The notes under the pieces were generated by a model, which saw only the letters and a program-made list of their open reading frames with translations, was not told where the DNA came from and ran no database searches. A program made the position numbers and the translations under genes. Of a stretch of 37,487 nucleotides of DNA, positions 16,882-26,761 are shown piece after piece (positions within the stretch are counted from its first letter, which is position 1; each line of letters starts with the position of its first letter). This DNA is from a virus (lineage: Duplodnaviria; Caudoviricetes). Location: positions 1 to 37,487 of IMG/VR virus record IMGVR_UViG_3300027612_000463. One strand, written 5' to 3'.

Positions 16882-17963
16882 TATGCTGTGTTATCCCTCG
16901 GTGACATTAATGATGCTAGGTATTGCGGGGCATTTGCTGTTGATGTACGTGTTCCAGTTGATGAGCCACCGCCCCAATATCTGTTTGAAAGTATACCAGT
17001 AATTGCTCCTGCTTGCTGACCTCTCCATGCAATATCTACGTGTACGTTACCATTGCTCATATAACCATTACCCATGCCTATACCAGTCGCGCCTGCATTT
17101 CGACATTCTTCTGCAAACTTTAACATAATTGCAAGTTGAGCAGGATTGTTGGTATACAGTCTAGTGCCGTCACCGTCTAATACTCTTACATCAGCAGCAT
17201 AGCCTTTGTCATGTCTATTTGATCCTGTACGATTACGTCCGTCAACACCGCCTTCATTAGCAGGAACTTGCCCGCCGCTTGTGATTACAACATCAACACC
17301 TGCTGCTGCTCCAGCTGTTTGTAGTATGTTAAACAGTTCAGACTGAATTGGTAAAGATCTGCTGCCGGCCATAGCATAGGTAACATTTCCTACACCTGTT
17401 CCAGATGCAGTAGTAACTTGGTCTAGTGGCACTGTGCCTTCATAGTATGTTGTGCCGTCTTCGCCTACAATAGCAGTTGATGCGCCGCCGCCGTAGCCAG
17501 CACTTTGTGCAGTAGCATTGCTGCCGCCTCTAAATCCGCCAGAGCTAGTATTTGAATTTCGTATTGCGTTATAATTTGCAGCACTGGTATTGCCTAAGTT
17601 AGTTGGATTACCAACTTCAGCATTAATCATGTCTAACATACCCGAATCTTGTAGGTTGACATACTGTGCGGCTGCTGCCGCTATGTTAGCTGGATTAGGT
17701 ACAACTGTGTCTGCTTGACGTGTATAGATACCCTTTGCTCTAGTATCGCCCCTGTCTGTAATAATACGCAAGTCTGCTTGAATATCTTCAAACAAACTTG
17801 CTATTTCTGCTAGACATGCTTTGTGAGCAAGATCATAATCAATGTGAACATGGTCTGATGGACTACTGCCCGGACCAGTATCAACATCCGGGTGGTTAAC
17901 TGTAGTTTGACCTACACCTTCTGTTGTTGATTCTTCAAATATATTTGCGCCAGCTATTGACAT
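16881..17963 (-). CDS. Protein with C-terminal M15-like peptidase domain
   Basis: ITSGGQ...GSNRHDKGYAADV...ATGIG...NVHVDI (H-x6-D ... HxD); CTAAATA late promoter at 17989-17995. Confidence 0.65.
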   Translation of the reverse strand: MSIAGANIFEESTTEGVGQTTVNHPDVDTGPGSSPSDHVHIDYDLAHKACLAEIASLFEDIQADLRIITDRGDTRAKGIYTRQADTVVPNPANIAAAAAQYVNLQDSGMLDMINAEVGNPTNLGNTSAANYNAIRNSNTSSGGFRGGSNATAQSAGYGGGASTAIVGEDGTTYYEGTVPLDQVTTASGTGVGNVTYAMAGSRSLPIQSELFNILQTAGAAAGVDVVITSGGQVPANEGGVDGRNRTGSNRHDKGYAADVRVLDGDGTRLYTNNPAQLAIMLKFAEECRNAGATGIGMGNGYMSNGNVHVDIAWRGQQAGAITGILSNRYWGGGSSTGTRTSTANAPQYLASLMSPRDNTA

Positions 17964-18003
17964 TTATATTCCTCGTATTATACTAGTATATTTAGCCGAG
18001 AAA

Positions 18004-18294
18004 TTATACCATCTGAATGCCGCTGGTCTGCGAAGTATATTGTTTGCTAATTTCTGCTTCGGTCTTGGCAACACAACTTACTGCGGTTGATTGCAGTACA
18101 AACTTTGCATCAGGTGATACACTAAACATAAATGGAGCGAGCCCTAGTCCTTGTTGCTGTGCAATAAGTACCATTGGTTTGTGTACTGTGTAGCCGTTAG
18201 AGTCTTCGGCTTCTAGTCTACCGATAATTTCTTCACCTGAGCTTAGTTTGAATGAGACGTTATCGCCCACTTTGTATGGAGTTTCGATTAGCAT
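18004..18294 (-). CDS. Conserved phage hypothetical protein (Sm-like small beta protein)
   Basis: SFKLSSGEEIIGRL, GLAPFM, YTSQTSGI. Confidence 0.6.
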   Translation of the reverse strand: MLIETPYKVGDNVSFKLSSGEEIIGRLEAEDSNGYTVHKPMVLIAQQQGLGLAPFMFSVSPDAKFVLQSTAVSCVAKTEAEISKQYTSQTSGIQMV

Positions 18295-18545
18295 TATAGT
18301 GTGTGTCCTGTTCCGTTATAGCCTGTTTCTTCTAAGTAAGTACCTAACTGATCCTTACCACCTATTGATGTTCCGTTAACTTTAATCTGTGGGAAGGTAC
18401 GTGCTCCGGGGAACATCTCTAATACTTCCTCACGAGTAAAGTCTGTGTCAAGTTGATAATATTTGTATTTTAACTCGCGTTGTTCGCAAATCCGCTTTGC
18501 TTGATCACAATGCGGACATGCTGGTTTACCATAAATTTCAATCAT
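18294..18545 (-). CDS. Glutaredoxin
   Basis: CPHC active site, ARTFPQI, IGG; directly after nrdB. Confidence 0.93.
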   Translation of the reverse strand: MIEIYGKPACPHCDQAKRICEQRELKYKYYQLDTDFTREEVLEMFPGARTFPQIKVNGTSIGGKDQLGTYLEETGYNGTGHTL

Positions 18546-19669
18546 AAACTAAATCCTTTAAATGTATCTGTGCTTACATCCTGTTTAGTGCCACCACTAA
18601 CATATGATGTAATCTCTGTTTCTTGCGGAGCAACTTGTACTTCGCTACCACTAATCCATTTTTGTGTCCACGGCAACGGATTGTTTTTTACACTATAAGG
18701 ACTCTTTAGATTTACATTAGTCATTCGACGAGTGCAAATAAATTCAATATAGCTGCTTAGTAGTTCTGTGTTGAGTCCAATCATTGATCCGTCTTTGAAC
18801 AAGTAATCTGCCCATGCCTTTTCTTGATCAACTGCCTCTACAAACATTTTGATGCATGCTTCTTCTGTTTCTTCTGCAATCTTTAGATAATCTGGATCAT
18901 CTTTTTTAAGTGTCTTGAGCAACATTTGAGTACTTGCCAAGTGTAAGTTTTCGTCACGAGCAATCAATTTAATAATTTTGGCATTGCCTTCCATTTTCTT
19001 TGTTTCAGCAAATGCCCAACTACATGCAAAGCTTACATAGAACCGTACACCTTCAAGAATATTAACACTCATTAGTGTAAGCCACAGTAGTTTCTTTAAT
19101 TCATAAAGATCGACTACAACCTTCTTGCCATTAACAGTGTGTGTGCCTACTCCTAGCAAGTTGTACCAACTGCTCATTTCAATGAGATCATCGTAGTACT
19201 TACTAATGTCTCCAGCACAATCTGCAATCTCTTCGATGTCCATCATCTCGTCAAAGATTTTGCTAGGATTGCTGTACACATTACGGATAATATGTGTGTA
19301 ACTACGTGAGTGAATTGTTTCTGAAAACGTCCATGTTTGGATCCAGTTCTCAATCTCTGGCAAACTCACAATAGGAGCAAATGCTTCTACTGGTGCACGG
19401 CCCTGTACACTGTCTAGTAGGATCTGACGCTTCAAGTTACTTGTAAAGATGTGACGCTCGTGTTCACTAAGAGCCTTAAAGTCTTTAGCATCCTGATAGA
19501 TATCAACTTCTTCTGGGCGCCAGAAAAATCCTAATTGCTTGTCTGTAAGCCCGTCAAAACTTTTGTACTTTAGTGTATCATAACGCTGAATTGTAGGTCC
19601 ACCTGTTGGATCTAAAAATGCTAATACCTTAGTGTGGTCTGCTTTGTTTGCAGTATTAAAAACGCTCAT
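18542..19669 (-). CDS. nrdB: Ribonucleotide reductase class Ia beta subunit
   Basis: FFWRPEEVD, QILLDSVQGR, ETIHSRSY, EGVRFYVSF, IARDENLH, VAPQETE. Confidence 0.97.
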   Translation of the reverse strand: MSVFNTANKADHTKVLAFLDPTGGPTIQRYDTLKYKSFDGLTDKQLGFFWRPEEVDIYQDAKDFKALSEHERHIFTSNLKRQILLDSVQGRAPVEAFAPIVSLPEIENWIQTWTFSETIHSRSYTHIIRNVYSNPSKIFDEMMDIEEIADCAGDISKYYDDLIEMSSWYNLLGVGTHTVNGKKVVVDLYELKKLLWLTLMSVNILEGVRFYVSFACSWAFAETKKMEGNAKIIKLIARDENLHLASTQMLLKTLKKDDPDYLKIAEETEEACIKMFVEAVDQEKAWADYLFKDGSMIGLNTELLSSYIEFICTRRMTNVNLKSPYSVKNNPLPWTQKWISGSEVQVAPQETEITSYVSGGTKQDVSTDTFKGFSL

Positions 19670-19707
19670 GTATCTCTTACCCTTGTGTATATGTGTAGCT
19701 GTAATAT

Positions 19708-19736
19708 AGTGTAACATGCCCCTAAGGGCATGTCAA
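19708..19736 (-). promoter_or_regulatory. Sigma70-type promoter for nrdB with a hairpin in the spacer
   Basis: TTGACA-17-TACACT; ACATGCCC/GGGCATGT inverted repeat. Confidence 0.6.
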
Positions 19737-19743
19737 GTATTAT

Positions 19744-22053
19744 TTAGATGGTGCAGCTTTCGCAAGCTTCATCACTGTCCAAAGTTTGTTCAAGCTCTGG
19801 CAATGCTTCTTCGCCCATCATTTTACTTACATCAATTTCGCCTTGTCCGTCATTAGTGTTAAAGTAATACAATTGCTTGCCGCCTAGTTTATAGAACATC
19901 AAAAGATGTTGCAGCATTGTACTCATAGGAATCTTTTCGTCTTCATAGTACGCTGGATTGTAGCTGGTGTTTACACTAATACCTTGATCGATATATTTCT
20001 GTAGTACAGCCATAATTTTTAAATAACCTTCTGGTGACTTGTGATCCCATAGTAGGTCATACTTATTTTTAAGACGTTTGAACTCTGGAACAACTTGCTT
20101 GAGTACACCGTGCTTGCTTTGCTTGATTGAGATAAGCGAACGTGGTGGCTCAATACCGTTAGTTGCATTTGCAATCTGCGCACTTGTTTCACTTGGCATT
20201 AGTGCCATTAGTGTTGAGTTGCGAATGCCTGTGGCTTTAAGTTGTTCACGTAGTCCTGCCCAGTCTTGACGTTCTACATGCGGAATCAGTTCATCTAGGT
20301 CTTTCTTATATGTTTGGTTAGGTGTAATACCGTGTCCATACTTTGTTTCCATGTTACCAGAAATTGCACCTTGTTCTACTGCAAGATCTGCTGAGGCTTT
20401 GATCAAGTAGTACGACCATGCTTCTGCCCACTCGTCTACAAGTGCAAGTCCTTCGCTGTCAATGTTCTGATAGTCTAGGTCATGTTTGGCTAACCAGTAT
20501 GCGAAGTTAATGATGCCTACGCCCAACGGACGGCGCTTTTCAGTGCTTAGTTGTGCTGCTAGTATAGGATAGTTCTGATAGCTTAACAGCGCATCTAACC
20601 CCCTTACAGCTAGCTTGCAGACCCTTTCAAAGTCTGCTGGAGTACGAATGTTACCCCAGTTGATTGCACTTAGAGTGCATAGGCTGATTTCACCTTCTGG
20701 ATCGTTTAAGTCAGTCAGTGGCTTAGTAGGCAATGTAATTTCTGCACATAGGTTTGATTGTCTAATAGGTGCTAGCTCAGGAATAAAGCTTCCGTGCTCG
20801 TTTGCATTGTCTACGTTCTGCAAGTAGATACGTCCTGTGTTCTTACGCTCTTCCATAAACGCACTAAACAAGTCGCTTGCTTTGATTGTCTTTTTACGTA
20901 GTTTTGTATTACGCTCTGCTGTTTCGTATAGTTCACGGAACTTATCTTGATCTGCAAAAAACGCTTCATACAAACCTGGTACATCAGCAGGCGAGAAAAG
21001 AGTTATATCGCCGCCTGTTACTAGTCTTTCATACATCAGTTTATTAAACTGCACACCATAATCCATATGACGCACACGATTTTCTTCTGTACCTTTATTG
21101 TTCTTTAGTACTAGCATGTCTTCAACTTCAAGATGCCAAATTGGATAGTAAATCGTAGCTGCTCCGCCACGTACACCACCTTGCGAACAAGATTTAACTG
21201 CTGATTGGAAGTGCTTGTAGAAAGGAATAATGCCTGTGTGATATGCATCGCCTTTGCGGATTGGCGAACCAATAGCACGAATACTGCCACCGCCGATACC
21301 AATGCCTGCTTTTTGTGAAACATACTTTACAACACTAGCTGCTGTAGCATTGATGCTGTCTAAACTATCATCTGTTTCAATAAGCACACACGAACTAAAC
21401 TGTCGTTGCGGTGTACGTACACCTGCCATAACAGGAGTAGGCAAACTAATATCGTGCAAACTGATAGCATCGTAATATTCTTTAATCCATTGCAAACGAG
21501 TCTCAACTGGATAGTCTTGGAAAAGACTTGCTGCAATAAGAATGTAACACATCTGCGGCGTTTCAAAGATTTCGCCACTTACTCTATTTTGTACTAGATA
21601 CTTGCCGCGTAACTGCTCCATAGCAACGTAGGTTAGATTCTCGTCACGCTCGTGTTTAACAAAGTTATTGATCTTTTCCCATTCGTCGTCGGTATATTTT
21701 GTAACTAACTCTGTATCATAGAATCCATTATCAGTATTGCGTTCAACTAATTCTTTAACAGAAAAAGGATCGTAATTACCATACACTTCTTTGCGCAATG
21801 CATAATTGATTAATCTGCCGCCTACATATTGATAGTTAGGAGTCTCTTCTGTAATAAGATCAGCTGCGGCTTTAATAAGTGTTTCTTGGATTTCTTTAGT
21901 AGTCATTCCGTTATAAAACTGGATCTGACTTTTAATTTCTACCTCGCTTGGGCTAACTCCGGTAATATCTTCACAAGCATAAAATACTACTTTGTGTAAC
22001 TTCTCGATATCTAATGGTTCCTTAGAGCCATCACGCTTGGTAACTTGAATCAT
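19744..22053 (-). CDS. nrdA: Ribonucleotide reductase class Ia alpha subunit
   Basis: ATP cone VTKRDG, PTPVMAG, FSSCVL, SQGGVRGG, QSNLCAEI, MPSETS, C-terminal CESC. Confidence 0.98.
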   Translation of the reverse strand: MIQVTKRDGSKEPLDIEKLHKVVFYACEDITGVSPSEVEIKSQIQFYNGMTTKEIQETLIKAAADLITEETPNYQYVGGRLINYALRKEVYGNYDPFSVKELVERNTDNGFYDTELVTKYTDDEWEKINNFVKHERDENLTYVAMEQLRGKYLVQNRVSGEIFETPQMCYILIAASLFQDYPVETRLQWIKEYYDAISLHDISLPTPVMAGVRTPQRQFSSCVLIETDDSLDSINATAASVVKYVSQKAGIGIGGGSIRAIGSPIRKGDAYHTGIIPFYKHFQSAVKSCSQGGVRGGAATIYYPIWHLEVEDMLVLKNNKGTEENRVRHMDYGVQFNKLMYERLVTGGDITLFSPADVPGLYEAFFADQDKFRELYETAERNTKLRKKTIKASDLFSAFMEERKNTGRIYLQNVDNANEHGSFIPELAPIRQSNLCAEITLPTKPLTDLNDPEGEISLCTLSAINWGNIRTPADFERVCKLAVRGLDALLSYQNYPILAAQLSTEKRRPLGVGIINFAYWLAKHDLDYQNIDSEGLALVDEWAEAWSYYLIKASADLAVEQGAISGNMETKYGHGITPNQTYKKDLDELIPHVERQDWAGLREQLKATGIRNSTLMALMPSETSAQIANATNGIEPPRSLISIKQSKHGVLKQVVPEFKRLKNKYDLLWDHKSPEGYLKIMAVLQKYIDQGISVNTSYNPAYYEDEKIPMSTMLQHLLMFYKLGGKQLYYFNTNDGQGEIDVSKMMGEEALPELEQTLDSDEACESCTI

Positions 22054-22089
22054 TCTTTTTCCTCTATGTACATTTAATTTGTAAGATAT

Positions 22090-22515
22090 TTAGTGTTGTA
22101 GAGGCACAGTATGTACAAGTTCAGAATGTAAATTGGCCGGCAAATTGCTTCTGTGTACATGTGTGTCTCCATTGAATCCGATTACATTGTCATTTACATA
22201 TAATAGATAATATGTTTGTGAATTTTCATTGTCTCGTGTAATATGTATCTCATACGATGCTTGGGATAAAACATCAGTTAACTGCAAGGTGTAACAAATT
22301 GCAAGAATCTTTACAAAGGAACAATAATTATTTTCCTCTAATAATTCCCACGGATTTGGCCACGTAGTTGAATCATACGGATCAGCAGCAAACACACATT
22401 TAGGTGCTTGGCTGTAGAAGTCAATTACTTCCTGTATAGGATCTGCCGCAGTTTCTAAACCGGCGCGAAAGTTACGCCAGAATATTAATCTGTCTTCGTA
22501 TTTTTTTTCAAACAT
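22090..22515 (-). CDS. Conserved phage hypothetical protein
   Basis: DPYDSTTWPNPWELL motif; tiles the operon. Confidence 0.7.
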   Translation of the reverse strand: MFEKKYEDRLIFWRNFRAGLETAADPIQEVIDFYSQAPKCVFAADPYDSTTWPNPWELLEENNYCSFVKILAICYTLQLTDVLSQASYEIHITRDNENSQTYYLLYVNDNVIGFNGDTHVHRSNLPANLHSELVHTVPLQH

Positions 22516-22518
22516 TTA

Positions 22519-24120
22519 TTACGACTTAGTTTTCACTTTATAATACATTGTAGCATTATCACTACTAGTTAAGTTTAACATCATGATAGCCACTGTGTCA
22601 ACCACTGTATTGCCATCTTCGTCATAATTTTGTGCAGTAAACTTTAATTTTTCTGCATCGGACATATTGCCCGTAAAGTCGTACTCATCTGAAATATTGT
22701 ACGTGTCGTTATCAGGATCAACTACAAGAGTTATTGTGCCTGTGCGTGTCCCTGCAATGCTGCTTTTATAAATGTAATCTATTTCATAGCCTTTTGCAGT
22801 GTCAGCTGGTAACCTAAATAGTTTAGAATACTCACCTGACTGACCAATTGTTAATTTGTGCGTAGTATCAAAATCAGTAATAGTAGGTCCTTGTACTTCT
22901 GGATGATAGACTACACCGTTTTTGTATGTTTCATCGTACCCTAGTTCTTCACTGCGTTGGAACCAATCGCCATCACTTGAATTTTTAAAACTATTGAATA
23001 AAATTACTGCATGCGTTGCTAGACTTGCGGCGCCGCCTTCGTTGCCTATATTATAAAATTTATTATTTTTACTACTATTATCTGTACCGCTTTGAATATT
23101 AATTGCGTTTGTATAAATGTTATCAAACTTACTATCAATCACTGTGTTATTAATTGGTCCTGTAAGCATTCCGCTAGTACCTAATATTGTGTTTACTCCT
23201 AGTGCAAACCCTTGATATGCTGTATCAAATGTACACCTAATCCATGTGTTGTCTTTAATATCGTTATCACTTTTAACCGCAATAAAAAACTCTTTTATAG
23301 CGACATTGTCAAAAGTATTATTGTTTGAACTAACTGCTGTACTCAAACTTGTCATTAGTATACCATTATTGCCAACGACATCACTAAATTCATATGATCC
23401 TTCTAGAATAATATCTTTAAATACGCTGTCCTTGCAACTTACTAAAGACAGACCAGATCCGCCAGTACTTTTAATAGTTAGTCCTGATATGTGTATATTT
23501 CTAGGTTGATTTAGTGTAGTACTAGTAGAATCATTAGCATAAGCACCCGGTGTACTTGTTTCGTTTACTGTTTGAAATGCAGCAAATGCACCTGAGTTAA
23601 TAATAGTTTTGTCTGCGCCTGCACCACGAATGGTTGCAAAAGGAGGCAAATAAATTGTACTAGTTATATTATACTCGCCTGGTTCTAGTATAAGTTCAAC
23701 TCTTGCATTTGTTGTACCTTTGTTACTAGCATTTAGATAAAGCTGATCAACTGCACGTTGTAATGCTGCTGTTTGATCGGTACCGTCACCGTTAGCACCA
23801 AAAGAACGGATGCTTACTCTGTCGTCTAGTCTCGCTTGTAGTGTACGAAGAACAGGATTGTTAGGAGAATCGCCAGTTTGTACGTTTAAATTATTTTTGT
23901 ATGTATAAGTGTTAGCAAATTCGAATAAATTGTCATGCTCACTTAGTAATTTTGTATTGCCTACAAAAGGTGATCCTTCTGCTACGCTTCCGTTGCCGAT
24001 GTAAAGCTCTTGTGTATCAACTGCCCAACCAAACTCACCACTTGCTAATTGCGGTAATCCTGATCCTATGTTCTTTTGTCCTCTACGAACTTGAATTCTG
24101 CTGATGGAAACTACGGCCAT
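22519..24120 (-). CDS. Tail fibre/spike-like virion protein (Mtd_N-like N-terminus, pectate-lyase-like beta helix)
   Basis: RIQVRRG..LPQLASGEFGWAVDTQELYIGNG; VSIRSFGANGDGTDQTAALQRA; N/S/T-rich repeats; GATAAATA at 24148-24155. Confidence 0.75.
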   Translation of the reverse strand: MAVVSISRIQVRRGQKNIGSGLPQLASGEFGWAVDTQELYIGNGSVAEGSPFVGNTKLLSEHDNLFEFANTYTYKNNLNVQTGDSPNNPVLRTLQARLDDRVSIRSFGANGDGTDQTAALQRAVDQLYLNASNKGTTNARVELILEPGEYNITSTIYLPPFATIRGAGADKTIINSGAFAAFQTVNETSTPGAYANDSTSTTLNQPRNIHISGLTIKSTGGSGLSLVSCKDSVFKDIILEGSYEFSDVVGNNGILMTSLSTAVSSNNNTFDNVAIKEFFIAVKSDNDIKDNTWIRCTFDTAYQGFALGVNTILGTSGMLTGPINNTVIDSKFDNIYTNAINIQSGTDNSSKNNKFYNIGNEGGAASLATHAVILFNSFKNSSDGDWFQRSEELGYDETYKNGVVYHPEVQGPTITDFDTTHKLTIGQSGEYSKLFRLPADTAKGYEIDYIYKSSIAGTRTGTITLVVDPDNDTYNISDEYDFTGNMSDAEKLKFTAQNYDEDGNTVVDTVAIMMLNLTSSDNATMYYKVKTKS

Positions 24121-24150
24121 ACTAATACTCCTACGTTATTGTAGTAGTAT

Positions 24151-24831
24151 TTATCCGTGCTTCTCATAATACTGGCGGCAGCGATTCCACCATTCTTGTT
24201 CCCACTCTGCAAACTCGTCCGGCCATAGATCAAACTGCTGATATTCGCCTGCACGACTGCACATAAAGATGTGTCCTTCGCGGATATCCGTACCGTGTAC
24301 TTCGTTGTGTCCTAGTGCATATGCTGTTAGCTGTAGATAGTAGTCTTCTACCCACTCAGGCTTCTTTGGCTTGTTCGTCTGCTTAAAGTCCATGATGCAG
24401 GGGTTGCCTTTGTACTGACCTACAAGGTCAGTAGTGCCTGCAAAGATACCAGGAACATAAAGCGGAACTTCGCTGCCCCAAATTTCATCAACGTGTACCA
24501 TTGCTTCGTCACGTATTACACATGCCATTGAGTGTGCTTGCTGTGCATAAGGATTACTGCCGGGAGTAGGCCACTCGCCTGTTTCGACATAAGTTTCAAG
24601 ATAATGATGCATGCGTGTGCCAACACCACTTGCTTCAGTTACAATCTCTTGTGCTTTAGCTTCGCCTACACGTTTCTTCCAAGCAATAAGGTGCGACATA
24701 TCCTTAGTACCACTGAGGATGGTTGTTACACTTGCTACAGGCGGATGACCTGGTGCTGCATAGCGGCGCTTGCCGTCTACTTCAACACGCTTTAGTTTTT
24801 CGTACTTATACTTCTCGATTATTAGACTCAT
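24151..24831 (-). CDS. PD-(D/E)XK exonuclease (Cas4/RecB-like phage exonuclease)
   Basis: SVTTIL, GTRMH, AGTTDL, IMDFKQT, YLQLTAYA; start 24831 with AGGAGG. Confidence 0.85.
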   Translation of the reverse strand: MSLIIEKYKYEKLKRVEVDGKRRYAAPGHPPVASVTTILSGTKDMSHLIAWKKRVGEAKAQEIVTEASGVGTRMHHYLETYVETGEWPTPGSNPYAQQAHSMACVIRDEAMVHVDEIWGSEVPLYVPGIFAGTTDLVGQYKGNPCIMDFKQTNKPKKPEWVEDYYLQLTAYALGHNEVHGTDIREGHIFMCSRAGEYQQFDLWPDEFAEWEQEWWNRCRQYYEKHG

Positions 24832-25168
24832 TAAACCCCTCCTGACGGTGCTGCTCTTCCCACGCTGCTTGCCCAAATGGATCGTTATTCATAAAGTAAG
24901 GACTTACATCTGAAAACGGATCATCAATGCCTTCAACTGAGTTTACTTCGGGGATTAAACTTGTCATCATTTGTTCAATGCCGTGTTTAAGTGTCATTGT
25001 ACTACCTGCGCAACCACTACAGGCTCCACTTAATTCTACAAGTACTGTACCATTTTCAAAGCTAACAAAGTTAACTTCTCCGCCGTGCTGTGCTACTGCT
25101 GGGGTTACGTACTGTTCCATTACTTCTGTAATGTTTTTTACTACGTCTTCGTGCGATCGTTCAGTCAT
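24806..25168 (-). CDS. NifU/NfuA C-terminal domain Fe-S carrier protein
   Basis: PAVAQHGGEV, LSGACSGC, MTLKHGIE; start 25168 with AGGAG. Confidence 0.9.
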   Translation of the reverse strand: MTERSHEDVVKNITEVMEQYVTPAVAQHGGEVNFVSFENGTVLVELSGACSGCAGSTMTLKHGIEQMMTSLIPEVNSVEGIDDPFSDVSPYFMNNDPFGQAAWEEQHRQEGFNESNNREV

Positions 25169-25219
25169 AAAAAAGCTCCTATTAGTGTATATAATAACAC
25201 CAAATAGGAGCCTTGTCAA
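25169..25219 (-). promoter_or_regulatory. Sigma70 promoter with an anti-SD inverted repeat in its spacer
   Basis: TTGACA-17-TATTAT; GCTCCTATT pairs with AATAGGAGC, followed by a T-run. Confidence 0.7.
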
Positions 25220-25226
25220 CCGTTAT

Positions 25227-25556
25227 TTAAAGTTCGTTGCCTAAGTCTGTAGCGTTCTTAGCCATGTTACCCACAGTGTCACTTGGACGACCTGGGTTTC
25301 CTGGTACTGCTCCTGCAACATCATCTACTTCGCTTTGTTTAAATTCAATCTTGTCTTTGTCAAAGTTGGTTACTAGCTGTTGTATTTTAGGGTCTGCATC
25401 ATACATTGCTTTAAAGCTTTCGTAGTCAAAGTTTCCTTTGCCTTGATTGCGCATGTATTTGTCTAGTTTAGCAATAGATAAAGCGGCCACACCGGCCGCT
25501 TTTTGTTGTCTTAGTAAAGCGTAGATGGTGCTACCATCTACAGCTTCATTTACTTT
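25227..25556 (-). CDS. C-terminal extension of the upstream head protein, probably reached by -1 frameshift
   Basis: Frame is open from 25556 (KVNEAVDGSTIY...); the track's GTG start at 25490 is buried in a hairpin and has no RBS. Confidence 0.6.
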   Translation of the reverse strand, partial: KVNEAVDGSTIYALLRQQKAAGVAALSIAKLDKYMRNQGKGNFDYESFKAMYDADPKIQQLVTNFDKDKIEFKQSEVDDVAGAVPGNPGRPSDTVGNMAKNATDLGNEL

Positions 25557-26299
25557 TTTTTTGAATGGTCTACTGACTCACGCTTCTCACGTCCGCCTAG
25601 CTCTTCGCCGCCTGCTGCTGCATCTGCTGCACCAAACTCGTCATCTGCTGCTGGCTCTTCCATATCCATGTCTGCATCTACGTCACCGTCAACAGTTGGC
25701 TCCATGTCCATGTCTGGCTCTTCTGCACCCATTGTGTCCATTGGCTCAGCTTCGCCTGTTAACATTCCAACACCTTGTGTTAGTGTTTGACGTGTTGTTT
25801 CCATTACGCCATACATTGCTTCAAGTGCAGGCTTAACACTTGCAGTAAATGCTTCTGCCTGCTCACTGCCCATCTCGTCACGGATTGCATCTGCTAGTTC
25901 TAGCATTGACTCTGTTTGCATTTCAGCAGTGTCTTCCATCCAACCAGTAACACGATCAACCATGTCCTTAGCTGCCATTACTAGTTCTGCTTTGTCTTCT
26001 TCACCTTCGTTGAGTGATTCAATTGCTTCATCAATAGCAATGCTTACATCATCACGCTCTGCAAGTGCAGCATTAAGTACGTCTAGAAACAATTTGTTCT
26101 TAGTGTGTCCTTTTTGCTGAACTGCGTCAAAACTTTCAGTTGTTTCTACATTAAATACTTGGGTGCGTAATTTGTTACGGGCGTCTTGTAGTTGTTCAGT
26201 AGTAAACGCATCGATGTTAATCTTTGAACCAAAGCGTTGTGCTAGGCTTTCATTTAGTTTTGCTGCCGTTAGCGGCTTTGAAAATTCTCTAATTTGCAT
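25550..26299 (-). CDS. Acidic prohead core/scaffold-like protein
   Basis: MQIREF leader, several L-x-E sites, acidic helical C-half; GATAAATA at 26333-26340. Confidence 0.6.
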   Translation of the reverse strand: MQIREFSKPLTAAKLNESLAQRFGSKINIDAFTTEQLQDARNKLRTQVFNVETTESFDAVQQKGHTKNKLFLDVLNAALAERDDVSIAIDEAIESLNEGEEDKAELVMAAKDMVDRVTGWMEDTAEMQTESMLELADAIRDEMGSEQAEAFTASVKPALEAMYGVMETTRQTLTQGVGMLTGEAEPMDTMGAEEPDMDMEPTVDGDVDADMDMEEPAADDEFGAADAAAGGEELGGREKRESVDHSKKK

Positions 26300-26341
26300 T
26301 TTATTCTTCCTGTTGATAGGTATTCTATATTATATTTATCA

Positions 26342-26761
26342 CTAACAAAAAATATAACGGTCTAAAAGGCTGCGCACTCTTTGTGATTCTTGTATCGCTA
26401 CGTCAAGTCGTATTCTACGTATTTCTCTCTTACAAGGGTCTTCTGATTTATTAATACAATGTTTATAGAATACTGCATCATTATAGTGTTTTAACATTGC
26501 ATTATCAAATTCCATTGCAGTTTTTGTGATATCGTTACCTTGAGCAAGATTCTTTGCAATTGCAACTGCTGTTGTTTTGAAAAAAGTTCTTACTACTTGC
26601 TTATTTTCTTTAGCATCGTAGATCAAATATCCTTTAGGACTTTTACGAATAACAATGTGTTTGATTCTAATACTATTACCTCTTTGATGAGGGATAGCAC
26701 TATCTTCAAGTCCTTTGTTAACAATTTCTTCAAGATCATTTAGTATTTTTTCAGTTGTCAT
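26342..26761 (-). CDS. Hypothetical protein
   Basis: Tiles the operon. Confidence 0.7.
   Translation of the reverse strand: MTTEKILNDLEEIVNKGLEDSAIPHQRGNSIRIKHIVIRKSPKGYLIYDAKENKQVVRTFFKTTAVAIAKNLAQGNDITKTAMEFDNAMLKHYNDAVFYKHCINKSEDPCKREIRRIRLDVAIQESQRVRSLLDRYIFC

Noticed and set aside
18542-22053. Possible introns or inteins in nrdA/nrdB
   Set aside because: Both ORFs are uninterrupted and of normal length
24151-24831. Cas4-like nuclease as a sign of CRISPR
   Set aside because: No repeat-spacer array or other cas genes seen; no four-Cys Fe-S pattern; common stand-alone phage exonuclease
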